Of a stretch of DNA of 64,000 nucleotides, positions 21,190 through 30,134 are shown piece after piece. A program made the translations under genes and the position numbers. The DNA comes from Erysipelotrichia bacterium (GTDB lineage Bacteria > Bacillota_I > Bacilli_A > RFN20 > CAG-826), in the NCBI GenBank assembly GCA_012522695.1, contig JAAYJX010000107.1:22408-86407 (forward strand). The letters are read 5' to 3'. Numbering within the stretch: position 1 is the stretch's first letter; each line of letters starts with the position of its first letter. The notes beneath the pieces were generated by a model that was not told the DNA's origin, ran no database searches, and saw only the letters and a list, made by a program, of their open reading frames with translations.

Positions 21190-21827
21190 TTTTTTAAAAA
21201 ATACAAACAATCATTTTTCATCTTACATATTTGACATTTTGGCGAACGCGCTAAACAAATATTCCGGCCAAACATAATCATTTGATGATTTACTTTATTA
21301 TAAAATTGAGGTTTCATTAAACCTTTTAAAATCATTTCAATTTGATCGGGTTGATTTTTTTCTTTAGCAAAACCTAGTCTTTTACTAATGCGCATTACAT
21401 GTGTATCAACGGCAAAAGAAGGAATATTAAAAAGTTCGGCTTGAATGACGTTACGCGTCTTATTACCAACACCTGGTAGACGCATTAATAATTCACTTTC
21501 AGAAGGGACGACCCCATTAAATTCTTCATCAATTATTGTTGCGATATTTTTAATATGACGAGCTTTATTACGATATAAACCAATTGTTTTAATTGCCTCT
21601 TCAATATCTTTAATAGGCGCTTCTTTTAGAGCTTTTAAAGTTGGAAAGCGACCGAATAAAGTAGGCGTTACTAAGTTGACGGATTTATCCGTTGTTTGTG
21701 CGCTTAACATCACGACAATTACTAACTCATAATCGTGAGTATAATCTAATTGAAAATGCGCAACAGGAAAAAGCTCCTCTAAGTACGTTCGAAAAGAAGT
21801 CATTTTCTTTTTATTTATCGTCGTCAT
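21180..21827 (-). CDS. nth: Endonuclease III
   Basis: LSAQTTD, HhH LPGVGNKT, VDTHV, C-x6-C-x2-C-x5-C Fe-S motif; start uncertain (21827 or 21803). Confidence 0.93.
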   Translation of the reverse strand: MTTINKKKMTSFRTYLEELFPVAHFQLDYTHDYELVIVVMLSAQTTDKSVNLVTPTLFGRFPTLKALKEAPIKDIEEAIKTIGLYRNKARHIKNIATIIDEEFNGVVPSESELLMRLPGVGNKTRNVIQAELFNIPSFAVDTHVMRISKRLGFAKEKNQPDQIEMILKGLMKPQFYNKVNHQMIMFGRNICLARSPKCQICKMKNDCLYFLKNQK

Positions 21828-22470
21828 CGATCCATTTTGTTTGGGCGATTTTAATTGTTTCTTCAATGTTTTCCTTCCATTTGTCAGTAATGGCAGTAAA
21901 ACCTTCTTTTTCTAAATCATCACGAGCTTGCCAACTTAATAAAATTTTATCAATTGAACGAAATGATTTTTTATTTTTAGCAAGCGCTTCTTTTAAACCG
22001 TTAATAATCATTTCTTCGCTATAGCCATAATTAAGCCATTCATTAATCATTGAAAATTCTAGTGGCGATAACGTCCGACTTAATTCTTTTTCAAAAATTG
22101 CATAAATATTTTTTAAAATAGCATTTCGGTGTTCTGAATTATTTATTTCTTGTTCTTTAGCTAATGTTTTTTGAAATTCTTCATATAACTTTTTACGAAG
22201 CGGCTCTAAAGACGTTTTAATACTTTTGCTCGTTGTTATGTATTCTAAAAAATTACGATTAATTAACTTAACGAGGATTTTATCGATTTCGCTCGTTGAA
22301 ATGGACATTTTTAAACTGAGTAAGTCGGCTGTGATAAACTTATTTTTTTGTTCAAGTAAATGATCAATAACTAAAATTGTCATCACTTCTTTTTCGTTTA
22401 AACCTATTTTTTTATAATGTTCTAATAATAAGTAGCGGAAGTCTAAGGCTTCCATTGAAATCACACTCAT
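21811..22470 (-). CDS. dnaD: DnaD replication/primosome protein
   Basis: LLEHYKKIGL, FEKELSRTLSPLE, SIDKILLSW; dnaD-nth synteny. Confidence 0.88.
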   Translation of the reverse strand: MSVISMEALDFRYLLLEHYKKIGLNEKEVMTILVIDHLLEQKNKFITADLLSLKMSISTSEIDKILVKLINRNFLEYITTSKSIKTSLEPLRKKLYEEFQKTLAKEQEINNSEHRNAILKNIYAIFEKELSRTLSPLEFSMINEWLNYGYSEEMIINGLKEALAKNKKSFRSIDKILLSWQARDDLEKEGFTAITDKWKENIEETIKIAQTKWIDDDDK

Positions 22471-22514
22471 CCAATACCTCGTTTATTTATCTTACCATGA
22501 CTCATAAAATTACG

Positions 22515-23123
22515 TCATGCTTTTTCTTTACTTTTTTCTAATTCAATTTTGTGAGGATTAATTTTTTCAAGTAAATAATAATATTTTTTAATTGCCTTAT
22601 TAGTTTTTGCTTCAATTTGAAAATTAAGTTTTTTAGCAAATCTTTCCGCGCGAACAATACGCAATGGATCTTCTTTAATTCTTTTTTTGGGGCATCCAAT
22701 AAAGCGAATAAGGCCTTGTTTTAAATCGCTAATCCCACTTGTAAAATCATAAACATTTAAATTCATATCAATATATAAGGCATTAATCGTAAAATCACGA
22801 CGTTTATAATCTTCTTTTAAAGTTTTAACAAAAGCTATTTTTTGCGGATGCCGATAATCACCATAACCACTTTCTTTACGGAGCGTTACTAAATCAATTT
22901 TTTGTTTTTTAAATATATAAGTAACAGTGCCATAACGCTCAAAAGTATAATTAGCATCAACTAAAAAACTTTTCATTTGCTTAGGTGTCGCATCGGTAAC
23001 AAAATCATAATCTTTAACTTCTAAACCAAGTAAATAATCGCGAGCCGTTCCCCCAACGATATATAAAGAAAAACCATGTTGATCAAAAATAGCCGCTAGT
23101 TCTAAAAATATTTTTTTAAGCAT
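22515..23123 (-). CDS. cca: CCA tRNA nucleotidyltransferase (short form)
   Basis: VGGTARD, DYDF, EDYKRRDFTINA, EDPLRIVR. Confidence 0.85.
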   Translation of the reverse strand: MLKKIFLELAAIFDQHGFSLYIVGGTARDYLLGLEVKDYDFVTDATPKQMKSFLVDANYTFERYGTVTYIFKKQKIDLVTLRKESGYGDYRHPQKIAFVKTLKEDYKRRDFTINALYIDMNLNVYDFTSGISDLKQGLIRFIGCPKKRIKEDPLRIVRAERFAKKLNFQIEAKTNKAIKKYYYLLEKINPHKIELEKSKEKA

Positions 23124-23141
23124 ACGTTTATTTTAGCAAAT

Positions 23142-23170
23142 AAAAAAAGCCCGGCCAACGCCAAGCTTTA
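23142..23170 (-). terminator. Rho-independent terminator after hup
   Basis: Minus strand AGCTTGGC-GTTG-GCCGGGCT followed by a T run. Confidence 0.6.
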
Positions 23171-23185
23171 ATATTTTTCTAAGAA

Positions 23186-23458
23186 TTAGTTAAGTTTGTC
23201 TTTTAAGTTTTTCGAAAGTTTAAAAGTTACTGTATTAGACGCTGGAATTTGGATTTTTTCACCAGTCGCCGGATTCGTTCCTAGACGAGCTTCGCGTTTT
23301 TTATGTTCAAATACACCAAAGCCAGAAATTTTTACAGAAACCCCATTTGCTAAAGAGTTTTCGATTATTTGTAAAAAAGCATCGACAAAATCAGTCGCTT
23401 CTTTTTTAGTCATGCCGGTATCTTCCATAAGAGCTAAAATTAAATCCGCTTTATTCAT
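23186..23458 (-). CDS. hup: DNA-binding protein HU
   Basis: MNKADLI, GFGVF, ARLGTNPATGEKIQIPA. Confidence 0.95.
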   Translation of the reverse strand: MNKADLILALMEDTGMTKKEATDFVDAFLQIIENSLANGVSVKISGFGVFEHKKREARLGTNPATGEKIQIPASNTVTFKLSKNLKDKLN

Positions 23459-23524
23459 AAAGTTCTCCTTCTTACTTTCTAAAAATTAACATATTGAACA
23501 TTATTTTTCAATAAATATATTTAA

Positions 23525-24523
23525 TTACTTTTCCTCTTTCAAACTTCTTTTCATTAATAAATTTATAACTTCGTTAGGTTTAGCATTTTCAAAAAGAACA
23601 CGATAGAGTGCACTTATAATTGGTAAATCAATATTTTGTTGTTTGCTTATTTCGTAAATAACTTTTGTTGTTCGAATACCTTCAATCGTTATATTTTTTA
23701 CTTTTAAAACATTTATAGCACTATTTTCAAGGCCTATTTGATAACCAGCTTGGTAGTTTCGTGAATGCTTTGAACCACAAGTTACGACTAAATCACCAAT
23801 CCCTGTTAAACCTAAATACGTTTTTTCTTTCGCATGAAAATGTGCTCCAAACTTAACCATTTCGTTTAATCCACGCGTAATAAGAGCAGCTTTTGCATTA
23901 TCGCCCAAACCTAGTCCATCAATTATTCCAGCACCTAAAGCAATAGCGTTTTTCATTGCTGTTGCATATTCTGCTCCAACTTCATCTTGAAGTAAATAAA
24001 CACGAAAATAATCATTACTAAAAAGATTTTGAACTAACTTAGCTGCTTTTTTCTTTTTTGAAACAGACGCAATTAATGTTAAGCGTCGTTTAATAACTTC
24101 TTCAGCATGAGATGGTCCTAGTAAAGAAACGACGGCTGTAATTTTTTCTTTTGGTATAACTTTACGAATAATTTGCGACATTCTTAAATTTGTTTCTGGA
24201 TCAAAGCCTTTAGCTGCGTTAACAAAAACAAGAGGCCGGTTTAAAAATTTATTAATGTCATCTAAAACAATTTTAACAGCATGAGTCGGAACAACGAGTA
24301 ATAAAAGTTCAGCAAAATCAATAACTTCTTTAATAGTATTTGTCGCCTTAATTTTTTCATCTAAAACAACGTCTTTAAAATAAGTCGTATTTGCGTGTTT
24401 TAAATTAATTTCATCAATTTGATTTTGACAATTACCATATAAAAAAACATCATGCTTATTATCAACAAGAACTTGTGCTAATGCACTAGCCCAAGAGCCA
24501 GTCCCAAAAATACCAATTTTCAT
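23525..24523 (-). CDS. gpsA: NAD(P)H-dependent glycerol-3-phosphate dehydrogenase
   Basis: GTGSWA, GPSHAEEV, KNAIA, GDNAKAA, GDLVVTC, SRN. Confidence 0.95.
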   Translation of the reverse strand: MKIGIFGTGSWASALAQVLVDNKHDVFLYGNCQNQIDEINLKHANTTYFKDVVLDEKIKATNTIKEVIDFAELLLLVVPTHAVKIVLDDINKFLNRPLVFVNAAKGFDPETNLRMSQIIRKVIPKEKITAVVSLLGPSHAEEVIKRRLTLIASVSKKKKAAKLVQNLFSNDYFRVYLLQDEVGAEYATAMKNAIALGAGIIDGLGLGDNAKAALITRGLNEMVKFGAHFHAKEKTYLGLTGIGDLVVTCGSKHSRNYQAGYQIGLENSAINVLKVKNITIEGIRTTKVIYEISKQQNIDLPIISALYRVLFENAKPNEVINLLMKRSLKEEK

Positions 24524-24527
24524 TTTT

Positions 24528-25838
24528 TTATGTTCTTTCTCTAAAAATAAATTTTAAAGGCGTCCCTTCAAAGTTATAAGAAAGACGTAGGCGATTTTCA
24601 ATATAACGAACGTAAGAAAAATGCGCATGCCGTTTATGATTAACGAAAAATACAAATGAAGGCGGTCTTATATCAACTTGATTAACAAAATATATTTTTA
24701 GTCTTCGTCCTTGATGTAAAGGCGGAGGATTCATTAATTGAGCGTCATGAATAATTTCATTTAAAATACTCGTTTGAATCCGTGTTTGATAAGCATTAAA
24801 AACTACATCAATTAAAGGCAAAATTTGATCAACTTGAAAGCCTGTTAAAGCTGAAACAAAAATAATTGGCGCGAAATCTAAAAATTTAAATTCTTTTTTT
24901 ATTTGTAAACGAAATTCATCCATACTCATAAATTTTTGGTCAATTAAATCCCATTTATTTACAACCAAAATAATCGCTTTATGAAGTTCAATAGCTCGAT
25001 TTAAAATATGTTTATCTTGTTCAATAATTCCTTCTTTAGCATCAATAATTAATAAAACAATTTCACTTCTTTCAACTGCATCTAAAGCGCGCAAAGCACT
25101 ATACTTATCAAGAGCTTCATAAATTTTTCCACGACGTTTTAAACCGGCCGTATCAATGGCAACATAAGTCTTATCTTCAACACTAAAAGAAGTATCAATT
25201 GCATCACGAGTTGTCCCAGGAATATTACTAACAATAACGCGTTTTTGCCCTAATATAGCGTTAAATAGTGAAGATTTACCAACATTTGGTCGTCCAATCA
25301 AAGAAAAGATAATTTCATCTTCGCTATATTTTTCTTCTTTACTTTCAGGCAATATACTAACGATATAATCAAGTAAATCACCAATGCCAATTCCGTGTTC
25401 ACCACTAACAATAAAAGGCTCGCCAAAACCTAAAGATGCAAAACTATACGCATCGCCAATTTTTGTAATATCATCAATTTTATTAACGACTAATACTACT
25501 TTTTTATTAGCGGTTTTTAACAAACGTGAAATTTGTAAATCGTCGTTTGTTAAACCGATTTGTCCATCAACAACAAAAACTATAATTTCGGCTTCCATAA
25601 TAGCAATTTCGGCTTGAATTCTTATTTGTTCTTGAAAAGGTGCTTTTGATATTTCAATCCCGCCTGTATCAATAAGACGAAATTTTTTATTAAGCCAACT
25701 AGTCGTCTCGTATAAGCGATCGCGAGTCACGCCTGGCTCATCATCTATGATTGCTCTTCTTTCTCCTAAAAAGCGATTAAAAAGTGTTGACTTTCCAACG
25801 TTTGGACTGCCGATAATTGCGACAATATCAAGCGCCAT
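24528..25838 (-). CDS. der: Ribosome biogenesis GTPase Der
   Basis: Two G domains (GSPNVGKST, GRPNVGKSS) and KH-like C-terminus. Confidence 0.97.
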   Translation of the reverse strand: MALDIVAIIGSPNVGKSTLFNRFLGERRAIIDDEPGVTRDRLYETTSWLNKKFRLIDTGGIEISKAPFQEQIRIQAEIAIMEAEIIVFVVDGQIGLTNDDLQISRLLKTANKKVVLVVNKIDDITKIGDAYSFASLGFGEPFIVSGEHGIGIGDLLDYIVSILPESKEEKYSEDEIIFSLIGRPNVGKSSLFNAILGQKRVIVSNIPGTTRDAIDTSFSVEDKTYVAIDTAGLKRRGKIYEALDKYSALRALDAVERSEIVLLIIDAKEGIIEQDKHILNRAIELHKAIILVVNKWDLIDQKFMSMDEFRLQIKKEFKFLDFAPIIFVSALTGFQVDQILPLIDVVFNAYQTRIQTSILNEIIHDAQLMNPPPLHQGRRLKIYFVNQVDIRPPSFVFFVNHKRHAHFSYVRYIENRLRLSYNFEGTPLKFIFRERT

Positions 25839-26506
25839 TAATTTTCTCCAAGTTTACGGCGAACAATATTTAAAACAGCTTCAACAGCTTCGTCAATACT
25901 TAAAAAAGAAGTATCAAGTAAAATTGAATCAACCGCTGGCTTTAATGGAGCAAAGTCTCGATGAGAATCTATATAATCTCTTTTTCTTAAATCGTCTTCA
26001 ACTTCACCTAAAGTCGTAATAATATTTTTCTCAAGGTTTTCTTCATAGCGACGCACAGCGCGTGTTCGCACATCAGCAATTTGAAAAATTTTAATATTAG
26101 CATTAGGTAAAACATACGTGCCAATATCTCGTCCATCCATAACAACAGAATCATTTTTAGCCATTTTTCTTTGCAAATCAACAAGAGCAAGACGTATTTT
26201 TTTATAACTTGCAATATAACTTACATTTTGAGAAATATATGTTTCGCGAATAATTTGCGTGACATCTTCATCATTACAAATAACCCTACCGTCATTTATT
26301 AATTTAATATCTACTTCTGGAATTAGTGAATTGGATGCTTCTTCATCTTTGGGATCTAAACCTTTTTTAATAACGTAATAAGTAAAAGCGCGATACATTG
26401 CACCAGTATCGATATATGTGTAGCCAAGAACTTGTGCAACTTTTTTGGCAACTGTTGATTTGCCAGCCGCGGCTGGTCCATCAATTGCAATCGTAATGTA
26501 TTTCAT
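25838..26506 (-). CDS. cmk: Cytidylate kinase
   Basis: IDGPAAAGKST, DTGAMYR, DGRDIGT. Confidence 0.97.
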   Translation of the reverse strand: MKYITIAIDGPAAAGKSTVAKKVAQVLGYTYIDTGAMYRAFTYYVIKKGLDPKDEEASNSLIPEVDIKLINDGRVICNDEDVTQIIRETYISQNVSYIASYKKIRLALVDLQRKMAKNDSVVMDGRDIGTYVLPNANIKIFQIADVRTRAVRRYEENLEKNIITTLGEVEDDLRKRDYIDSHRDFAPLKPAVDSILLDTSFLSIDEAVEAVLNIVRRKLGEN

Positions 26507-26519
26507 TTTGTTTTTCTCC

Positions 26520-26849
26520 TTAGCTAAATGCTTTAATCCCTGTTATAATTGCCAAAACTATTAAAATAATTAATAAAACAAAAAAAATGACACTTCGAAT
26601 AATATCTTTTTTATTTCTTTGCGTAAGTTTCTTTTTTTTCGCTTCTTCATCTTCTAGTTCTTTCGTTCCTTTTAAAATATCATCCACTGATAGAAGTAAA
26701 GTCTTTTTAAGACCCTTTATATCTTCCTCTTCTTCAATTTGTGGAAGCGTTGGCTCATTTGCTTCTTTTGGAAAAGATGAACGTTCAATTTTTAATCGAT
26801 AATCTTTATATTTTTCTTTTCTTGTTTTTTCCATCTCTTTTTTTAACAT
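26520..26849 (-). CDS. Hypothetical C-terminally anchored membrane protein
   Basis: Charged N-terminal region and one C-terminal TM; real start probably 26849 or 26834 because the longer ORF runs into the divergent ferredoxin gene. Confidence 0.6.
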   Translation of the reverse strand: MLKKEMEKTRKEKYKDYRLKIERSSFPKEANEPTLPQIEEEEDIKGLKKTLLLSVDDILKGTKELEDEEAKKKKLTQRNKKDIIRSVIFFVLLIILIVLAIITGIKAFS

Positions 26850-26962
26850 TACCTGCTTACTGCTATATTCTATTATAAAATAGAACTTATTTGTAGATAA
26901 AAGTAAAAACTTGCATATTGTTTCATAAAAGTTTATAATTTTTTCGCTTGGAGGAAAGTTTA

Positions 26963-27154
26963 ATGGCAAAAAAAGTAAGAATTGAACGCGACCTTTGTAT
27001 TGGTTGTGGATTATGTGCGGCAGTTATGCCTGAAGTATTCGAAATGGATGATGAAGGTAAAGCTGTTGTTCATACTCAACCTGAAGAAGGCGTTGAAGTT
27101 GATGTCGCTAACGATTGCCCAACTGGTGCAATTATTGTTGAAGACGAAGACTAA
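26963..27154 (+). CDS. fer: Ferredoxin (single 4Fe-4S)
   Basis: CIGCGLC...CPTGAI; GGAGG RBS before ATG 26963; ribU-fer-cmk neighbourhood as in Bacillus. Confidence 0.92.
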   Translation: MAKKVRIERDLCIGCGLCAAVMPEVFEMDDEGKAVVHTQPEEGVEVDVANDCPTGAIIVEDED

Positions 27155-27176
27155 TTTTTGTTATTTTTATATTAAG

Positions 27177-27209
27177 AAACTACCCTTGACATGTCGGGTA
27201 GTTTTTTTC
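27177..27209. terminator. Probable bidirectional terminator between fer and ribU
   Basis: AAACTACCC...GGGTAGTTTTTTT inverted repeat. Confidence 0.65.
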
Positions 27210-27893
27210 TTCAAAACGAATCATTAAATTATGACTGCTTTTATAAACTAATAATGTTATAGCAATAATTATACTATTCTTAATTACATTAAAAGGAACA
27301 ATTGCATATAAACCAAGCGACCATTCAACGTTAGTAATTTTAGGATTGGCGAGTTGCGCCATTGCTAATAAGGCTTCTTTTGGAAAACCCATTACAAACA
27401 TATAAAACGGAACCATTAAATATATATTAAAAAATAAACTTACAATAATTTGGACAATAAAGCCTAAACCTAATCCATAAAAAACACCTTTAAGGTTTCT
27501 TCTTTTTTGATAAATAAGAGAAGCCGGCACAATAAAAGCAATTGAATATATTAAGTCAGCCCATTCTCCAACAGTTAAAGTCGAAGTGAAAGGTAGTTTA
27601 ATTATTGTTTTAACTACTGTTGCTAAAATCGCCGCAAGTGGTCCATAAGCAAAGCCGGCAATAAAAAGCGGGACTTCATCAAAATGGATTTCTAAAAATT
27701 GTGGAAAAATTGGTAAAGGAAATTTTAAAAAGGGTGTGATATATAAAATGGCACTAAGTGCACCAAAAATACTCACCCGACTTAATAAACGAACTAAATT
27801 AATCTTTTTAATTTTTCTTGGCTTACATGTTCTAGCAACTAAATAAAAACAAAATAACCATACGATTAAGAACCCGATAAAAATTGAATACAT
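27180..27893 (-). CDS. ribU: ECF transporter S component, riboflavin (RibU-like)
   Basis: FPLPIFPQFLEIHFDEVP, YGPLA, VGE, VPFNVIK; FMN riboswitch upstream. Confidence 0.88.
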   Translation of the reverse strand: MYSIFIGFLIVWLFCFYLVARTCKPRKIKKINLVRLLSRVSIFGALSAILYITPFLKFPLPIFPQFLEIHFDEVPLFIAGFAYGPLAAILATVVKTIIKLPFTSTLTVGEWADLIYSIAFIVPASLIYQKRRNLKGVFYGLGLGFIVQIIVSLFFNIYLMVPFYMFVMGFPKEALLAMAQLANPKITNVEWSLGLYAIVPFNVIKNSIIIAITLLVYKSSHNLMIRFEEKNYPTCQG

Positions 27894-27933
27894 AATAAAA
27901 AGCCCCTTTTTCAGGACTTAGTAAAAAGAAATT

Positions 27934-28038
27934 TGCTTCTTTCCTCTTGACTTTACAATCGCCTCTAGAATTTCACTAGATCTGCCGCAGCTCGTGGGGT
28001 TTACCACCGGTCATGAATTTCACACGGTCCTGAAGTAC
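27934..28038 (-). promoter_or_regulatory. FMN riboswitch (RFN element)
   Basis: Minus strand CTTCAGGACCGTGTGAAATTCATGACCGGTGGTAAACCCCACGA...GATCTAGTGAAATTCTAGAGGCGATTGTAAAGTC...AGAAG, with two TGAAATT T-loops. TATAAT lies at 28043-28048; downstream GTCCTGAA can pair with the 5' TTCAGGAC. Confidence 0.9.
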
Positions 28039-28092
28039 TTATATTATACAAAAAAAAGACTTAGCGACAAATAATATAGTAAAGAAATAAGC

Positions 28093-28740
28093 TTATTTAG
28101 TTTGCGAGGCGCGTATTTTTTTAATAATCATTTCTTTTGATTTCATCACGCGGATTGTCGCCGCCATTTCTTGGTCGGCTAGTTTTGTGCGAATATCTTT
28201 AATTAAAGCAATTTGTTCAGGAATCATAATATGTTCAATCGCATTAACACGACGACGTGTTTTCTCGATTTCTTGAGCATAAAGTTCACTCTTTTTTTCT
28301 GCTTCAACTAAAGCAAAAATAAGCGGAATAAGTTTTTGGCTAAGAAGTAATGTTTCATCAAATTCAATCGGCATATTTGATAAAGAATGTGGCAAAATAA
28401 TTTCAGGGTCAAAATCTAAATCAAATTTTAGTGACTCAACGGTCATTGATTTTTCTTTATGTGTTGTTAAATCCAAATGAAAAAATGGAACAGAAGTTAA
28501 TTCAATTAATTGTTTTGTTTGTAATTTTAAACGTCCTTTTTTAAATTGTTGGAGCGTCGTTTTTAATAACTCTTCAACATCGTTGCGAAGTTTCTTTGTT
28601 TCAAAAACTAAATCCATAAATTGACGAATTAATTCATCTTGTTTATCTTTTAAAAGACGATGACCTCGTTGCGTTACCGCGAGTTGGTTTTTTAATTTAG
28701 TTAATTCCATCCGTGTCGGATTAACTATTGTTAGCGCCAC
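28093..28740 (-). CDS. ntpD: V/A-type ATPase subunit D
   Basis: PTRMEL, GHRLLKDKQDEL, EKTRRRVNAIEH; GTG start. Confidence 0.95.
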   Translation of the reverse strand: MALTIVNPTRMELTKLKNQLAVTQRGHRLLKDKQDELIRQFMDLVFETKKLRNDVEELLKTTLQQFKKGRLKLQTKQLIELTSVPFFHLDLTTHKEKSMTVESLKFDLDFDPEIILPHSLSNMPIEFDETLLLSQKLIPLIFALVEAEKKSELYAQEIEKTRRRVNAIEHIMIPEQIALIKDIRTKLADQEMAATIRVMKSKEMIIKKIRASQTK

Positions 28741-30131
28741 TATAAATCCTCGACTTTAATTACCTTATAATATTCAGCGATATGTTCATCACTAATCCGT
28801 TTTAATTCACTTGTTGGGAAAATACGTAAGAGCTCCCAGCCTAATTCTAATGTTTCAATAACTGTGCGATTAGCATTAAAACCTTGCGAAATGTATTTAT
28901 TTTCAAATTCTTCAGCAAATTTTGCATATAGTCTATCTGTTTCAGAAAGAGCACTATCACCTAAAACAGTTGCTAATTCTTTTGCTTCCTTACCACGAGC
29001 ATAAGATGAAAAAAGTTGGTTCATTGTGTCACTATGATCACTTCTTGTTTTGCCTCTACCAATCCCTTTATCTTTAAGACGAGACAAGGAAGGCAAAACA
29101 TCAATTGGTGGTAAAATACCTTTCATAAATAAAGGTCTTGATAAAATAATTTGACCTTCTGTAATATAACCTGTTAAGTCAGGAATTGGATGTGTCTTAT
29201 CATCTTCTGGCATTGTTAAAATTGGTAGTTGAGTAATTGAACCTTTCTTTCCAACAATCCGCCCAGCACGTTCAAATAAAGTTGCTAAGTCAGTATACAT
29301 ATAACCAGGATAACCACGACGACCAGGGACTTCTTTACGTGCACTAGAAATTTCTCTCAATGCTTCAGCATAGTTTGTAATATCTGTAAGGATAACAAGC
29401 ACATGCATATTTAATTCATAAGCTAAATATTCGGCTGCTGTAATCGCCATTCTTGGTGTAGCAATTCTTTCAATAGCAGGGTCGTTTGCTAAATTAACAA
29501 ACATGACTGTTCGTTCAATCGCGCCTGATTTACGGAAGTCTTCAATAAAATAATCGGCTTCTTCAAACGTAATACCAATTGCTGCAAAAACGACTGCAAA
29601 CTTTTCATCAGTTCCTAAGACTTTTGCTTGTCGAGCAATTTGTGCGGCTAATTTAGCATGAGGTAAGCCCGAGCCTGAAAAGATTGGTAATTTTTGTCCA
29701 CGCACTAAAGTATTAAGTCCATCAATCGCGGAAATTCCCGTTTGAATAAATTCACTAGGATAGTCTCGGGCAACCGGGTTTAAGGCTTGACCATTAATAT
29801 CTAAATGCATATCAGCAATCACAGGACCTTTATTATCAATCGGGCGACCTAAACCATCAAAGACACGACCTAAAATATTTGGCGCGACACTTAATTCAAT
29901 TCCGTGACCTAAAAAGACAGCCTTTGCATCATCAATTTTCATTCCTTGTGATGATTCAAAAAGTTGAACAAGAGCCTTATCTTCGTTAATTTCTAAAACT
30001 TTGCCAAGACGAACTTCACCATTAGCGAGTTTAACTTCAACGAGCTCATCGTATTTAACATCGCTAACTTTTTCAACAAGCATTAAAGGACCGACAACTT
30101 CTTTAATTGTTTTATATTGTTTAATTGCCAT
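28740..30131 (-). CDS. ntpB: V/A-type ATPase subunit B
   Basis: [39 protein letters not shown]. Confidence 0.97.
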   Translation of the reverse strand: MAIKQYKTIKEVVGPLMLVEKVSDVKYDELVEVKLANGEVRLGKVLEINEDKALVQLFESSQGMKIDDAKAVFLGHGIELSVAPNILGRVFDGLGRPIDNKGPVIADMHLDINGQALNPVARDYPSEFIQTGISAIDGLNTLVRGQKLPIFSGSGLPHAKLAAQIARQAKVLGTDEKFAVVFAAIGITFEEADYFIEDFRKSGAIERTVMFVNLANDPAIERIATPRMAITAAEYLAYELNMHVLVILTDITNYAEALREISSARKEVPGRRGYPGYMYTDLATLFERAGRIVGKKGSITQLPILTMPEDDKTHPIPDLTGYITEGQIILSRPLFMKGILPPIDVLPSLSRLKDKGIGRGKTRSDHSDTMNQLFSSYARGKEAKELATVLGDSALSETDRLYAKFAEEFENKYISQGFNANRTVIETLELGWELLRIFPTSELKRISDEHIAEYYKVIKVEDL

Positions 30132-30134
30132 TTT

